Positions 36,268 to 47,051 of a DNA stretch of 64,000 nt are shown one piece after another; positions within the stretch are counted from its first letter, which is position 1, and every line of letters starts with the position of its first letter. A program made the translations under genes and the position numbers. The notes under the pieces were generated by a model. The model ran no database searches. It worked only from the letters and a program-made list of their open reading frames with translations, and had not been told where the DNA came from. This stretch comes from Escherichia coli (GTDB lineage Bacteria; Pseudomonadota; Gammaproteobacteria; Enterobacterales; Enterobacteriaceae): NCBI RefSeq assembly GCF_029227855.1, contig NZ_CP074356.1. The stretch is one strand, 5' to 3'.

Positions 36268-37989
36268 ATGCGCGCTTTGCTACCCTATCTGGCACTGTAT
36301 AAACGTCATAAATGGATGTTAAGTCTTGGTATTGTGCTGGCAATTGTCACACTGCTCGCCAGTATCGGTCTGTTGACACTTTCCGGCTGGTTCCTCTCCG
36401 CCTCAGCGGTAGCGGGGGTTGCCGGACTGTATAGCTTCAACTATATGCTACCCGCTGCGGGCGTGCGTGGCGCAGCAATCACCCGTACTGCCGGGCGCTA
36501 TTTTGAACGTCTGGTAAGTCACGACGCGACTTTCCGCGTGTTGCAGCATCTGCGCATTTACACCTTCAGCAAATTGCTGCCCCTATCCCCTGCCGGACTG
36601 GCGCGCTATCGTCAGGGCGAATTGCTCAACCGCGTGGTGGCGGATGTTGATACGCTCGATCATCTTTACCTGCGCGTTATCTCGCCGCTGGTGGGCGCTT
36701 TTGTGGTGATTATGGTGGTGACAATCGGGTTAAGTTTCCTTGATTTCACCCTCGCCTTTACGCTGGGCGGCATTATGTTACTGACGCTTTTCCTTATGCC
36801 ACCACTGTTTTATCGTGCGGGAAAAAGCACCGGGCAAAATCTGACTCATCTTCGCGGGCAGTATCGCCAACAACTGACGGCCTGGCTGCAAGGGCAAGCT
36901 GAGCTGACCATTTTTGGTGCCAGCGATCGTTATCGCACGCAGTTAGAGAATACCGAAATTCAGTGGCTGGAAGCGCAACGTCGTCAATCTGAACTCACCG
37001 CATTGTCGCAAGCGATAATGCTGCTCATTGGCGCGTTAGCGGTGATCCTGATGCTGTGGATGGCGTCTGGCGGCGTTGGCGGCAATGCTCAACCCGGCGC
37101 GTTAATTGCCCTGTTTGTCTTCTGCGCGTTAGCCGCGTTTGAAGCACTGGCACCAGTAACGGGTGCATTTCAGCATCTGGGGCAAGTCATTGCCTCTGCC
37201 GTACGGATCACTGACTTAACGGATCAAAAACCGGAGGTCACCTTCCCTGATACCCAAACTCGTGTTGTCGATCGCGTTTCGCTGACGTTACGGGATGTTC
37301 AGTTCACTTATCCGGAGCAATCCCAACAGGCACTTAAAGGGATTTCTCTTCAGGTAAACGCCGGAGAACATATAGCGATTCTCGGGCGAACCGGATGCGG
37401 CAAATCAACACTGTTACAACTGCTGACCCGCGCATGGGACCCGCAACAGGGCGAGATTTTGCTTAACCATAGCCCCATAGCCAGCCTGAATGAAGCGACT
37501 CTACGACAGACCATCAGCGTTGTGCCACAGCGAGTGCATCTGTTTAGCGCCACGCTGCGTGATAATCTGTTACTCGCCTCACCTGGCAGTAGTGATGAGG
37601 CTCTGGCGGAGATCTTACGTCGCGTTGGTCTGGAGAAGCTGCTCGAGGATGCAGGTCTCAACAGTTGGTTAGGTGAAGGCGGACGCCAGCTCTCCGGTGG
37701 TGAACTGCGCCGTCTGGCTATCGCCCGTGCGCTGTTACATGATGCGCCTCTGGTATTGCTGGATGAACCTACAGAAGGCTTAGATGCCACAACCGAAAGT
37801 CAGATCCTTGAATTGCTTGCAGAAATGATGCATGAGAAAACGGTGTTAATGGTCACCCATCGACTTCGCGGACTCTCTCGTTTCCAACAAATAATAGTGA
37901 TGGACAACGGGCAAATTATTGAGCAAGGTACTCACGCAGAACTGCTTGCCAGACAGGGGCGTTATTACCAGTTTAAGCAGGGTTTGTAA
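36268..37989 (+). CDS. cydC: Cysteine/glutathione ABC exporter CydC
   Basis: 573-aa ABC fusion protein, Walker A GRTGCGKST; start abuts the cydD stop. Confidence 0.96.
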   Translation: MRALLPYLALYKRHKWMLSLGIVLAIVTLLASIGLLTLSGWFLSASAVAGVAGLYSFNYMLPAAGVRGAAITRTAGRYFERLVSHDATFRVLQHLRIYTFSKLLPLSPAGLARYRQGELLNRVVADVDTLDHLYLRVISPLVGAFVVIMVVTIGLSFLDFTLAFTLGGIMLLTLFLMPPLFYRAGKSTGQNLTHLRGQYRQQLTAWLQGQAELTIFGASDRYRTQLENTEIQWLEAQRRQSELTALSQAIMLLIGALAVILMLWMASGGVGGNAQPGALIALFVFCALAAFEALAPVTGAFQHLGQVIASAVRITDLTDQKPEVTFPDTQTRVVDRVSLTLRDVQFTYPEQSQQALKGISLQVNAGEHIAILGRTGCGKSTLLQLLTRAWDPQQGEILLNHSPIASLNEATLRQTISVVPQRVHLFSATLRDNLLLASPGSSDEALAEILRRVGLEKLLEDAGLNSWLGEGGRQLSGGELRRLAIARALLHDAPLVLLDEPTEGLDATTESQILELLAEMMHEKTVLMVTHRLRGLSRFQQIIVMDNGQIIEQGTHAELLARQGRYYQFKQGL

Positions 37990-38030
37990 GCTATTATTGA
38001 ACGATCCGACTTGCGTGGAGTTTTGCGGTC

Positions 38031-38735
38031 ATGCGCCTGGTTCAGCTTTCTCGCCATTCAATAGCCTTCCCTTCCCCGGAAGGCGCATTACGTGAGCCTA
38101 ACGGCCTGCTGGCACTTGGGGGCGATCTTAGCCCTGCGCGCCTGTTAATGGCTTACCAGCGTGGTATTTTTCCGTGGTTTTCTCCCGGCGACCCCATCCT
38201 CTGGTGGTCGCCCGATCCCCGCGCGGTGCTTTGGCCTGAATCACTGCATATCAGCCGTAGTATGAAGCGATTTCATAAACGCTCGCCCTATCGTGTCACG
38301 ATGAATTACGCTTTTGGTCAGGTCATTGAAGGCTGTGCCAGCGATCGCGAAGAAGGAACCTGGATTACGCGTGGCGTGGTCGAAGCCTACCATCGCCTTC
38401 ACGAACTCGGTCATGCCCACTCCATTGAAGTCTGGCGTGAAGATGAGCTTGTCGGCGGTATGTACGGCGTGGCCCAGGGAACGCTATTTTGTGGCGAGTC
38501 CATGTTCAGCCGGATGGAAAATGCGTCTAAAACGGCGCTTCTGGTATTCTGTGAGGAATTTATTGGTCATGGCGGTAAGCTTATCGACTGCCAGGTCCTT
38601 AACGATCACACAGCGTCGCTTGGTGCCTGCGAAATTCCCCGCCGGGATTACCTTAATTATCTCAATCAAATGCGCCTCGGACGATTGCCGAATAATTTCT
38701 GGGTACCACGGTGCTTGTTTTCACCACAAGAATGA
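38031..38735 (+). CDS. aat: Leucyl/phenylalanyl-tRNA--protein transferase
   Basis: 234-aa ORF; location between cydC and infA. Confidence 0.93.
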
Positions 38736-39016
38736 ATGTTTTCGGCACATTTCTCCCCAGAGTGTTATAATTGCGGTCGCAGAGTTGGTTACGCTCATTA
38801 CCCCGCTGCCGATAAGGAATTTTTCGCGTCAGGTAACGCCCATCGTTTATCTCACCGCTCCCTTATACGTTGCGCTTTTGGTGCGGCTTAGCCGTGTGTT
38901 TTCGGAGTAATGTGCCGAACCTGTTTGTTGCGATTTAGCGCGCAAATCTTTACTTATTTACAGAACTTCGGCATTATCTTGCCGGTTCAAATTACGGTAG
39001 TGATACCCCAGAGGAT

Positions 39017-39238
<222 letters not shown>

Positions 39239-39276
39239 TTGTTTTACCGCCTGATGGGCGAAGAGAAAGAACGAGT

Positions 39277-39307
39277 AAAAGGTCGGTTTAACCGGCCTTT
39301 TTATTTT
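39277..39307 (+). terminator. Rho-independent terminator after infA
   Basis: Hairpin aaaggtcggtt/aaccggccttt followed by a T-run. Confidence 0.6.
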
Positions 39308-39491
39308 GTGATATGTATGAAGTACTTTGGAAGTATAAATCCATAACTTGTCTCGATGTAGATATACTGCACAACTTGTTTACAGTATGAGCAAACAATA
39401 ATTATCATTAAAATTCTTCTTGACCGTTTTACTCCAACTCCCTATAGTAGCGCCCCGTTGCCACCCATGAGGTTTGGCAGCAAAACAATTT

Positions 39492-39579
39492 GGTGAGGTG
39501 TCCGAGTGGCTGAAGGAGCACGCCTGGAAAGTGTGTATACGGCAACGTATCGGGGGTTCGAATCCCCCCCTCACCGCCA
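39492..39579 (+). tRNA. serW: tRNA-Ser (anticodon GGA)
   Basis: 88-nt sequence GGTGAGGTGTCCGAGTGGCTGAAGGAGC...GGTTCGAATCCCCCCCTCACCGCCA with long variable arm and GGA anticodon; infA-adjacent copy, hence serW rather than serX. Confidence 0.95.
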
Positions 39580-39590
39580 TATTCAAAGAA

Positions 39591-39620
39591 GAGCTCGTAC
39601 GAAAGTACGAGTTTTTTTTC
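39591..39620 (+). terminator. Rho-independent terminator after serW
   Basis: Hairpin gagctcgtac/gtacgagttc followed by eight T residues. Confidence 0.7.
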
Positions 39621-39629
39621 GCATTTTAT

Positions 39630-39708
39630 CTGCCTGTACGGCAGTGAACGGTATAAAAATCGAGTTTTTCTTTCGGTTGGCTTTCTAAGCTGCCTGTACG
39701 GCAGTGAA
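39630..39708 (+). repeat. Two direct copies of a 19-20-bp hairpin-forming motif (tgcctgtacggcagtgaac) spaced about 59 bp apart
   Basis: Exact duplicate seen at 39631-39649 and 39690-39708 downstream of the serW terminator; each copy is itself a small palindrome (ctgcc-tgtac-ggcag). Confidence 0.7.
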
Positions 39709-39858
39709 CTCAAATACTACACGTTTAGTCCGTTATTAATAAAGCAAAACCATCTCATTTTCCTGCTACCACCCTTTTTTATCCTTACCTTCCCGCAGCA
39801 CTAATTATCAACAACTTACCATCATCATCAAAAAAAGGGTCTGAACCTCCTCCACCCC

Positions 39859-40565
39859 ATAAATAAATATCCTCCGGCATAGCCGGAGGTTTTTCAAATG
39901 CGCCTATAAGGCTCTCTTACCAGCCGCGCCCTAACAGGCGCACACGATCTGACATTTGCATCCAACTTCGTTACTTACGGCCCGTAAACGGGCTGCCCGG
40001 ATAGGGAATCGATAACTGCTCTCCCATTTTATCCTCTTCAAGCTGGTGCTTTATGTAATCCTGTATCTTCGCCGTGTTCTTACCCACTGTATCGACGTAG
40101 TACCCTCTGCACCAGAACTCCCTGTTCCTGTATTTGAATTTCAAATCACCAAACTGCTCGTAAAGCATCAGACTGCTTTTCCCTTTCAGATATCCCATAA
40201 ACCCGGATACGCTCATTTTGGGCGGGATCTCCACAAGCATATGGATATGATCTGCACAGCATTCAGCTTCCAGAATCCGTACGCTTTTCCACTCACACAG
40301 CTTTCTCAAAATACTGCCTATTGCTCTACGCTTCTCTCTGTAGAACACCTGTCTTCGGTATTTTGGCGCAAAAACTATGTGATATTTACAGTTCCATCGG
40401 GTGTGCGCTAAGCTCTTTTCGTTCCCCATTGGGACCCCCTTTTGATTTCTTGTTTGACACTTGCAGTTGCCAGACCGCAAAGTGTTTTAACAAATCAAAA
40501 GGGGTTTTAATAACTGGCTCAAAGCTGAAAGCTTTCCGGAACCCCCAGCCTAGCTGGGGGTTTTC
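39859..40565 (-). mobile_element. IS200-type insertion sequence (IS200/IS605 family, single tnpA); ends approximate
   Basis: Y1/HUH transposase ORF plus IS200-type architecture: RBS-sequestering stem-loop just upstream of the tnpA start (40440-40500) and a perfect 8-bp-stem hairpin cccccagc-cta-gctggggg at 40538-40556. The serW-clpA gap here is about 709 bp longer than I recall for K-12. Ends estimated from typical IS200 geometry, plus or minus 20 bp. Confidence 0.6.
39971..40429 (-). CDS. tnpA: IS200 transposase TnpA (Y1 HUH transposase)
   Basis: 152-aa protein from MGNEKSLAHTRWNCKYHIVFAPKYRRQVFY with HUH-type motif (HIHMLV) and catalytic Tyr region, characteristic of IS200 TnpA. Confidence 0.9.
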   Translation of the reverse strand: MGNEKSLAHTRWNCKYHIVFAPKYRRQVFYREKRRAIGSILRKLCEWKSVRILEAECCADHIHMLVEIPPKMSVSGFMGYLKGKSSLMLYEQFGDLKFKYRNREFWCRGYYVDTVGKNTAKIQDYIKHQLEEDKMGEQLSIPYPGSPFTGRK

Positions 40566-40568
40566 TGT

Positions 40569-40607
40569 GCACAAAAAAGTCCGTAACCTCTTTCGAGATT
40601 ACGGACT
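40569..40607 (-). terminator. Rho-independent terminator after clpA
   Basis: On the minus strand, hairpin gtccgtaatctcgaaagaggttacggac followed by ttttttgtg, 25 bp past the clpA stop. Confidence 0.65.
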
Positions 40608-40631
40608 TCACCAACCTACCTGACAATCAGA

Positions 40632-42908
40632 TTAATGCGCTGCTTCCGCCTTGTGCTTTTGTGCACTCTGGAATCCATAAGTCAGCTCATTTTTCTCTTT
40701 ATCCAGCGCAACCGTCACCTGACCGCCGTCCACCAGCGAACCAAACAACAGTTCGTTGGCGAGCGGTTTTTTCAGGTTGTCCTGGATGACACGCGCCATC
40801 GGACGTGCGCCCATTGCCCGGTCGTAACCTTTCTCGGCCAGCCAGTTACGCGCTTCCTGGCTCACTTCCAGAGAAACACCTTTCTGATCCAACTGAACCT
40901 GCAACTCGACGATGAATTTATCCACTACCTGATGGATCACTTCGGTGGAGAGATGATCGAACCAGATAATGTTGTCGAGACGGTTACGAAACTCCGGCGT
41001 AAAGATCTTCTTGATCTCTTCCATCGCATCGGTGCTGTTGTCCTGGTGGATAAGACCAATCGATTTACGCTCAGTTTCTCGTACCCCAGCGTTGGTGGTC
41101 ATCACCAATACCACGTTACGGAAGTCCGCTTTGCGTCCGTTGTTATCGGTCAGCGTACCGTTGTCCATCACCTGCAACAGAATATTGAACACGTCCGGGT
41201 GCGCTTTCTCGATTTCGTCCAGCAGCAGCACCGCATGTGGATGCTTGATGACCGCATCAGTCAGCAAACCGCCCTGATCAAAACCAACGTATCCCGGAGG
41301 CGCACCAATCAGACGGCTGACGGTATGGCGTTCCATATACTCGGACATATCAAAGCGCAGAAGCTCAATGCCCAACGCTTTCGAAAGCTGTACCGTCACC
41401 TCTGTTTTCCCGACCCCGGTAGGGCCTGCAAACAGGAACGAACCGACCGGTTTATGTTCGTGACCTAAACCTGCACGCGCCATCTTAATGGCTTCAGTCA
41501 GCGCCTCAATGGCTTTATCCTGACCGAAGACCAGCATTTTCAGGCGATCGCCGAGGTTTTTCAGGGTATCGCGGTCACTCTGCGAAACACTCTTCTCTGG
41601 AATGCGCGCAATACGGGCCACCACGGACTCAATATCCGCCACATTAACGGTTTTCTTGCGTTTGCTTACCGGCATCAGGCGTGCGCGAGCGCCCGCTTCG
41701 TCGATAACATCAATGGCTTTATCCGGCAGATGACGATCGTTAATGTATTTCACCGCCAGCTCTACCGCTGCACGCACCGCTTTTGCGGTATAACGCACGT
41801 CGTGGTGCGCTTCATACTTCGGTTTCAGGCCATTGATGATTTGAACAGTTTCTTCGATCGACGGTTCAGTAATATCAATTTTCTGGAAGCGACGCGCCAG
41901 AGCACGGTCTTTCTCGAAAATGTTGCTGAACTCCTGATAGGTTGTCGAACCAATTACGCGAATTTTACCGCTGGAGAGCAGCGGTTTGATCAGGTTAGCC
42001 GCATCGACCTGGCCACCAGAGGCTGCACCCGCACCGATAATGGTGTGGATCTCATCAATAAACAGGATGCTGTTAGTATCCTGCTCCAGCTGCTTGAGCA
42101 ACGCTTTAAAACGTTTTTCAAAGTCGCCGCGATATTTTGTGCCCGCTAACAGAGAACCGATATCGAGAGAGTAAATCGTACAGTCAGCCATCACTTCCGG
42201 CACATCGCCCTGAACAATTCGCCAGGCAAGACCTTCCGCAATCGCGGTTTTACCGACACCAGATTCCCCCACCAGCAGCGGGTTGTTTTTACGGCGACGG
42301 CAGAGAACCTGAATAGCACGCTCCAGCTCCTTCTCACGACCAATCAGTGGGTCGATTCCTCCCACGCGCGCAAGCTGATTCAGGTTCGTCGTGAAATTCT
42401 CCATACGTTCCTCCCCACCAGCTTGTTCTTCGCTGTTTGGCTGGCTGCCAGGATCAGAAGACTGTGTCGGCTCGTCTTTACGCGTGCCATGAGAGATAAA
42501 GTTCACCACATCGAGACGGCTGACTTCATGTTTACGCAACAGATATGCCGCCTGCGACTCCTGTTCGCTAAAAATAGCGACCAGAACGTTTGCACCGGTA
42601 ACCTCATTGCGACCGGAGGACTGGACATGGAAGACCGCACGTTGCAGTACACGCTGAAAACTCAGCGTCGGCTGTGTGTCGCGCTCCTCTTCACTGGCAG
42701 GCAGAACGGGTGTGGTTTGTTCAATAAAGGCTTCCAGTTCCTGACGGAGCGCAACCAAATCCACAGAACACGCTTCCAGCGCCTCCCGGGCAGATGGGTT
42801 ACTGAGCAGCGCCAGTAACAAGTGCTCGACGGTCATAAACTCATGACGGTGCTCGCGCGCTCTGGCGAAAGCCATATTTAAACTGAGTTCCAGTTCTTGA
42901 TTGAGCAT
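40632..42908 (-). CDS. clpA: ATP-dependent Clp protease ATP-binding subunit ClpA
   Basis: Two AAA+ modules ([16 protein letters not shown]); start trimmed to [19 protein letters not shown] (758 aa). Confidence 0.97.
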   Translation of the reverse strand: MLNQELELSLNMAFARAREHRHEFMTVEHLLLALLSNPSAREALEACSVDLVALRQELEAFIEQTTPVLPASEEERDTQPTLSFQRVLQRAVFHVQSSGRNEVTGANVLVAIFSEQESQAAYLLRKHEVSRLDVVNFISHGTRKDEPTQSSDPGSQPNSEEQAGGEERMENFTTNLNQLARVGGIDPLIGREKELERAIQVLCRRRKNNPLLVGESGVGKTAIAEGLAWRIVQGDVPEVMADCTIYSLDIGSLLAGTKYRGDFEKRFKALLKQLEQDTNSILFIDEIHTIIGAGAASGGQVDAANLIKPLLSSGKIRVIGSTTYQEFSNIFEKDRALARRFQKIDITEPSIEETVQIINGLKPKYEAHHDVRYTAKAVRAAVELAVKYINDRHLPDKAIDVIDEAGARARLMPVSKRKKTVNVADIESVVARIARIPEKSVSQSDRDTLKNLGDRLKMLVFGQDKAIEALTEAIKMARAGLGHEHKPVGSFLFAGPTGVGKTEVTVQLSKALGIELLRFDMSEYMERHTVSRLIGAPPGYVGFDQGGLLTDAVIKHPHAVLLLDEIEKAHPDVFNILLQVMDNGTLTDNNGRKADFRNVVLVMTTNAGVRETERKSIGLIHQDNSTDAMEEIKKIFTPEFRNRLDNIIWFDHLSTEVIHQVVDKFIVELQVQLDQKGVSLEVSQEARNWLAEKGYDRAMGARPMARVIQDNLKKPLANELLFGSLVDGGQVTVALDKEKNELTYGFQSAQKHKAEAAH

Positions 42909-42938
42909 AGGCACCTCCCCCAATTTTTATGCCTGCAT

Positions 42939-43259
42939 TCAGGCTTTTTCTAGCGTACACAGCAATGGATGCTCATTCTCCCTCGCGTACTTGTTCACCA
43001 TCGCCACTTTGGTTTCTGCAACCTCGGCGGTAAAGACTCCGCAAATGGCCTTCCCCTGGTAGTGAACAGCGAGCATCAATTGCGTTGCACGTTCTACATC
43101 ATAAGAAAAGAATTTTTGTAACACGTCAATAACAAACTCCATCGGAGTGTAATCATCATTGACTAATATCACTTTATACATAGATGGCGGTTTTAGCGCG
43201 TCGCGAACTTTTTCTTCCGCCAGTTGATCAAAGTCCAGCCAGTCGTTCGTTTTACCCAT
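42939..43259 (-). CDS. clpS: ClpAP adaptor ClpS (N-end rule)
   Basis: 106-aa ORF immediately upstream of clp[44 protein letters not shown]. Confidence 0.96.
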
Positions 43260-43581
43260 TGTCAGTTATCATCTTCGGTTACGGTTATCGGCAGAACGCC
43301 CTGCCGCTGACAAGAGCTTATTTGCCTGACCAATCTACTCTACATGATAGATAACTATCATCTATCGTTGGCATCAGCGACATCTGTCACATTCCTGTCA
43401 ATAGCGTTAACTGCTTCAAATTTTTGATTCATACCTGCCCCCTGGCCCCTGTCAAATGCTTGACGGCTCGCCCTAATTCTCTAAATTGTATTTCTAGAGT
43501 TGGCGAGGTTTTGAACAGCCCCCTCTCTGACCCCGGTTTATTCCATCTTACTTGTATAAGATTTGCGAAGGATGTCGAAGC

Positions 43582-43806
43582 ATGGAAAAGGGTACTGTTA
43601 AGTGGTTCAACAATGCCAAAGGGTTTGGTTTCATCTGCCCTGAAGGCGGCGGCGAAGATATTTTCGCTCATTATTCCACCATTCAGATGGATGGTTACAG
43701 AACGCTAAAAGCTGGACAATCCGTTCAGTTTGATGTCCACCAGGGGCCAAAAGGCAATCACGCCAGTGTTATTGTGCCCGTCGAAGTAGAAGCGGCAGTC
43801 GCATAG
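43582..43806 (+). CDS. cspD: Cold-shock-domain protein CspD (stationary-phase replication inhibitor)
   Basis: Start trimmed to MEKGTVKWFNNAKGFGFI (74 aa), RNP1-type motif. Confidence 0.95.
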   Translation: MEKGTVKWFNNAKGFGFICPEGGGEDIFAHYSTIQMDGYRTLKAGQSVQFDVHQGPKGNHASVIVPVEVEAAVA

Positions 43807-43838
43807 CTCTTCTGTCTCATTGTGTACATCCTAAAGGC

Positions 43839-43868
43839 AAAATGCCAGCCCGATCGGCTGGCATTTTT
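43839..43868. terminator. Bidirectional rho-independent terminator between convergent cspD and macB
   Basis: Hairpin aaatgccagcc-cgat-cggctggcattt with A-run on one side and T-run on the other. Confidence 0.65.
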
Positions 43869-43878
43869 ATCTCAAAAA

Positions 43879-45825
43879 TTACTCTCGTGCCAGAGCATCT
43901 ACTGGATCCAGTCGTGCCGCATTTCGTGCGGGTAACCAGCCAAATAAAATCCCGGTGACCGTCGAGCAGAGAAACGCCAGCAGCAGCGCCAACGGTGAAA
44001 AACCAATCTCCCAGCCGGGTAAGAAAAGCTGCAAGGTAAAAGCAATTAACAGTGACAGTGTTATTCCCAACGCGCCACCGACCAGGCAAACCAGCACGGC
44101 TTCGATCAGGAACTGTTGCAACACATCACTTGCTCGCGCACCTACAGCCATGCGAATGCCAATTTCCCGCGTCCGCTCGGTCACTGACACCAGCATAATA
44201 TTCATTACACCAATACCGCCCACCACTAGCGAAATCACCGCCACCAACGTCAGAAACAGTTGTAAAGTACGTGTGGTCTTTTCAACGGTTTTCAAGACGC
44301 CGTCCATGTTCCAGGTAAAGAAATCCTTCTTACCGTGGCGCAGTGAAAGTAAACGCGTGAGTTGCTGTTCCGCCTCGGCGCTGTCAAATCCTTCTTTCAC
44401 CCTGACAGTAATGGAGTTCAGCCACGACTGGCCCATAACTCGCCCGGACATCGTGCTGTAAGGTAGCCAGACACGCAGCACTTTACTGCTACCAAACATC
44501 GACTGTTTTTCTTCCGCCACACCAATGACTCTGGCGGGCATATTGCCGACCAGAATCACCTCGCCAACCACATCTGCTTTATGGGGGAAAAGCTGGCGGC
44601 GAGTATTACTGTCGAGAACTACGACCTGCGCACGACCGTTCAGCTGCTCCTGATTAAAGGTGTTCCCTTCACTGAAGGTCATGCCATAGACATTAAAATA
44701 ATCGCCGCTCACGCCATTGGCACTGGCAGCAACATCAACATTGTTATAACGCAGGCGCAGGTTTTGCGAGACGGCAGGTGTGGCTGAGGCGACCCACGGT
44801 TGTTTTTGGATGGCGATTAAGTCGTCGTACTTCAGCGCCTGCTGATATTGCGGATCGTCATCGCCAAAATCTTTCCCGGGATAGACATCAATAGTATTCG
44901 TACCAATAGAACGAATATCCGCCAGCACCATTTGTTTGGCGGCGTCGCCCACCACGACAATTGAAACCACCGACGCAATACCGATAATAATCCCCAGCAT
45001 GGTCAGTAAAGTACGCATTTTATTCGCTGCCAGCGCCCTCCATGCCATCGTCAGCGCTTCGTTAAAACCGCTGACAAATTGCCGCCAGCCAGAGGCCGTG
45101 TTGACAACAGGTTCCGTCCCGCCAGCAACATTCACTTTTTCAACGGCGGGAGGATTGCGCACAATTTCGCCGTCGCGAATTTCGATCACCCGCTCGGCCT
45201 GAGCAGCGACCTGCGGATCGTGGGTAACGATAATCACCGTATGCCCGCGATCGCGCAGCTGATGCAGGATCGCCATCACCTCTTCGCCAGAATGGCTGTC
45301 CAGTGCGCCGGTTGGTTCATCGGCAAGAATTACCTGACCGCCGTTCATCAATGCCCGCGCGATGCTGACGCGCTGTTGCTGACCCCCCGAAAGCTGTGCC
45401 GGGTAATACTCTGTACGGTCTTCCAGCCCCAGTCGTTGCAGTAACTCCTGGGCGCGAAGCAGCCGCTGTTTCCGCTCAAGACCGGCATAGACGGCGGGTA
45501 CTTCAACGTTCTGCTCGGCGGTTAAATGCGAAAGCAAATGGTAACGCTGGAAAATAAAGCCGAAGTGTTCGCGACGCAGTTGCGCCAGCGCATCGGCGTC
45601 CAGCGTGGCAACATCCTGACCGGCTACGCGATAGGTGCCGCTGGTGGCCTTATCCAGGCAGCCGAGAATATTCATCAGGGTCGATTTACCGGAACCCGAA
45701 GCGCCGACAATCGCCACCATCTCACCAGCATAAATATCGAGGCTGATGCCCTTCAGCACCTCAACCTGCTCATCACCGGCAGGATAGCTGCGACGAATAT
45801 CCTTTAATTCGAGCAAGGGCGTCAT
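43879..45825 (-). CDS. macB: Macrolide ABC exporter ATPase/permease MacB
   Basis: 648 aa, N-terminal ABC domain (GASGSGKST) fused to FtsX-like permease; overlaps the macA stop by 4 bp. Confidence 0.96.
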   Translation of the reverse strand: MTPLLELKDIRRSYPAGDEQVEVLKGISLDIYAGEMVAIVGASGSGKSTLMNILGCLDKATSGTYRVAGQDVATLDADALAQLRREHFGFIFQRYHLLSHLTAEQNVEVPAVYAGLERKQRLLRAQELLQRLGLEDRTEYYPAQLSGGQQQRVSIARALMNGGQVILADEPTGALDSHSGEEVMAILHQLRDRGHTVIIVTHDPQVAAQAERVIEIRDGEIVRNPPAVEKVNVAGGTEPVVNTASGWRQFVSGFNEALTMAWRALAANKMRTLLTMLGIIIGIASVVSIVVVGDAAKQMVLADIRSIGTNTIDVYPGKDFGDDDPQYQQALKYDDLIAIQKQPWVASATPAVSQNLRLRYNNVDVAASANGVSGDYFNVYGMTFSEGNTFNQEQLNGRAQVVVLDSNTRRQLFPHKADVVGEVILVGNMPARVIGVAEEKQSMFGSSKVLRVWLPYSTMSGRVMGQSWLNSITVRVKEGFDSAEAEQQLTRLLSLRHGKKDFFTWNMDGVLKTVEKTTRTLQLFLTLVAVISLVVGGIGVMNIMLVSVTERTREIGIRMAVGARASDVLQQFLIEAVLVCLVGGALGITLSLLIAFTLQLFLPGWEIGFSPLALLLAFLCSTVTGILFGWLPARNAARLDPVDALARE

Positions 45826-46937
45826 TGTGCAGCTCCTGGTTTGGCCTCACCAATCACCACTTCATCGCCCGCTTCCAGCCCTTTGACAATCTCAACATCG
45901 GTATCGTTACGTGCGCCAATCGTCACTTCACGCTCGCGTGTTTCACCATTACGCAACAATTTGACTTTATAACGATTATCGCCAACCGGATCGCCTAACG
46001 CCGACAGAGGGATCGTCAGCACATTTTTCACATCGGTGAGCTGAATATGCACTTGCGCGGTCATATCCAGCCGCAGCAAACCATTGGGGTTGGGTACTTC
46101 AAAACGGGCGTAATAGAAAATAGCGTCGTTAACCTTTTCCGGCGTCGGTAGCACATCCTTGATTTGCCCTTCGTAGCGCGTCAGCGGATCGCCAAGCACC
46201 GTAAACCAGGCTTTTTGCCCCGGCTTCAGGTGGATTACATCCGCTTCAGAAACCTGCGCTTTTACCAGCATGGTGCTCATATCTGCCAGCGTCAGAATGT
46301 TCGGTGCTTGTTGTGCGGCAATCACCGTCTGGCCTTGCAGAGTGGTGATTTGCGTGACTTCCCCGGCCATCGGGGCAACGATGCGGGTGTAATCGAGATT
46401 GGTTTTAGCCGTATCGAGTGAGGCCTGATTGCGCTTGATTTGCGCGTCAATGGTGCCAATTTGCGCCTGTTTCACAGCCATCTCCGTCGCGGCGGTGTCG
46501 AGATCCTGCTGTGAAACCGCCTGCGTTTGTGCAAGACGTTGCTGACGGGAATACGTCACCCGCGCCAGTTTCAGCTCCGCTTCCGCCTGCTGCCGCTGCG
46601 CGCGTAGCTCCATCAGCGTTGCTTCCACCTCCTTGATCTGGTTTTCAGCCTGTTCAGGATCAATAACCCCTAAAAGCTGGTCTTTTTTTACTTTATCGCC
46701 AATCGCCACCGACAGCGTTTTCAACTGACCGCTGACCTGCGCGCCCACATCAACCTTACGCAGCGCGTCCAGCTTTCCGGTCGCCAGCACGCTTTGCTGT
46801 AAATCACCGGGGCGCACAATCAGCGTCTGATAAGTCGGCACGGGTGCGTTAAGAATTCTCCATAACGTAATCAGCCCGGCGATGACTATCACCAGCGCAA
46901 TAACGTAACGCTTCTTCACGGTTTTCCGCTTTTTCAT
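45822..46937 (-). CDS. macA: Macrolide efflux periplasmic adaptor MacA
   Basis: Membrane-fusion-protein family; start trimmed to [18 protein letters not shown] (371 aa). Confidence 0.95.
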   Translation of the reverse strand: MKKRKTVKKRYVIALVIVIAGLITLWRILNAPVPTYQTLIVRPGDLQQSVLATGKLDALRKVDVGAQVSGQLKTLSVAIGDKVKKDQLLGVIDPEQAENQIKEVEATLMELRAQRQQAEAELKLARVTYSRQQRLAQTQAVSQQDLDTAATEMAVKQAQIGTIDAQIKRNQASLDTAKTNLDYTRIVAPMAGEVTQITTLQGQTVIAAQQAPNILTLADMSTMLVKAQVSEADVIHLKPGQKAWFTVLGDPLTRYEGQIKDVLPTPEKVNDAIFYYARFEVPNPNGLLRLDMTAQVHIQLTDVKNVLTIPLSALGDPVGDNRYKVKLLRNGETREREVTIGARNDTDVEIVKGLEAGDEVVIGEAKPGAAQ

Positions 46938-47051
46938 AAATATTCTGAATACTCCATATGCCAATCCGGGTCATTAACTTCAACGAAATATCAACAAAAC
47001 CCTAAAATTTACGTTAATAATCACACTATTGATGTTTGGTTAAGATACGCA

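Noticed and set aside
38314-38910. 198-aa plus-strand ORF overlapping aat in another frame and extending into the aat-infA spacer
   Set aside because: Alternative frame of aat; low-complexity translation; aat itself is confidently identified.
39868-39893. Hairpin cctccggcatagccggagg followed by a T-run, considered as a separate terminator feature
   Set aside because: It lies at the inferred right end of the IS200-type element, and I cannot tell from sequence alone whether it is native serW-side sequence or part of the IS terminus; not annotated separately.
40635-41468. 277-aa plus-strand ORF inside clpA
   Set aside because: Antisense to clpA, which is confidently identified by two AAA+ modules; treated as spurious.
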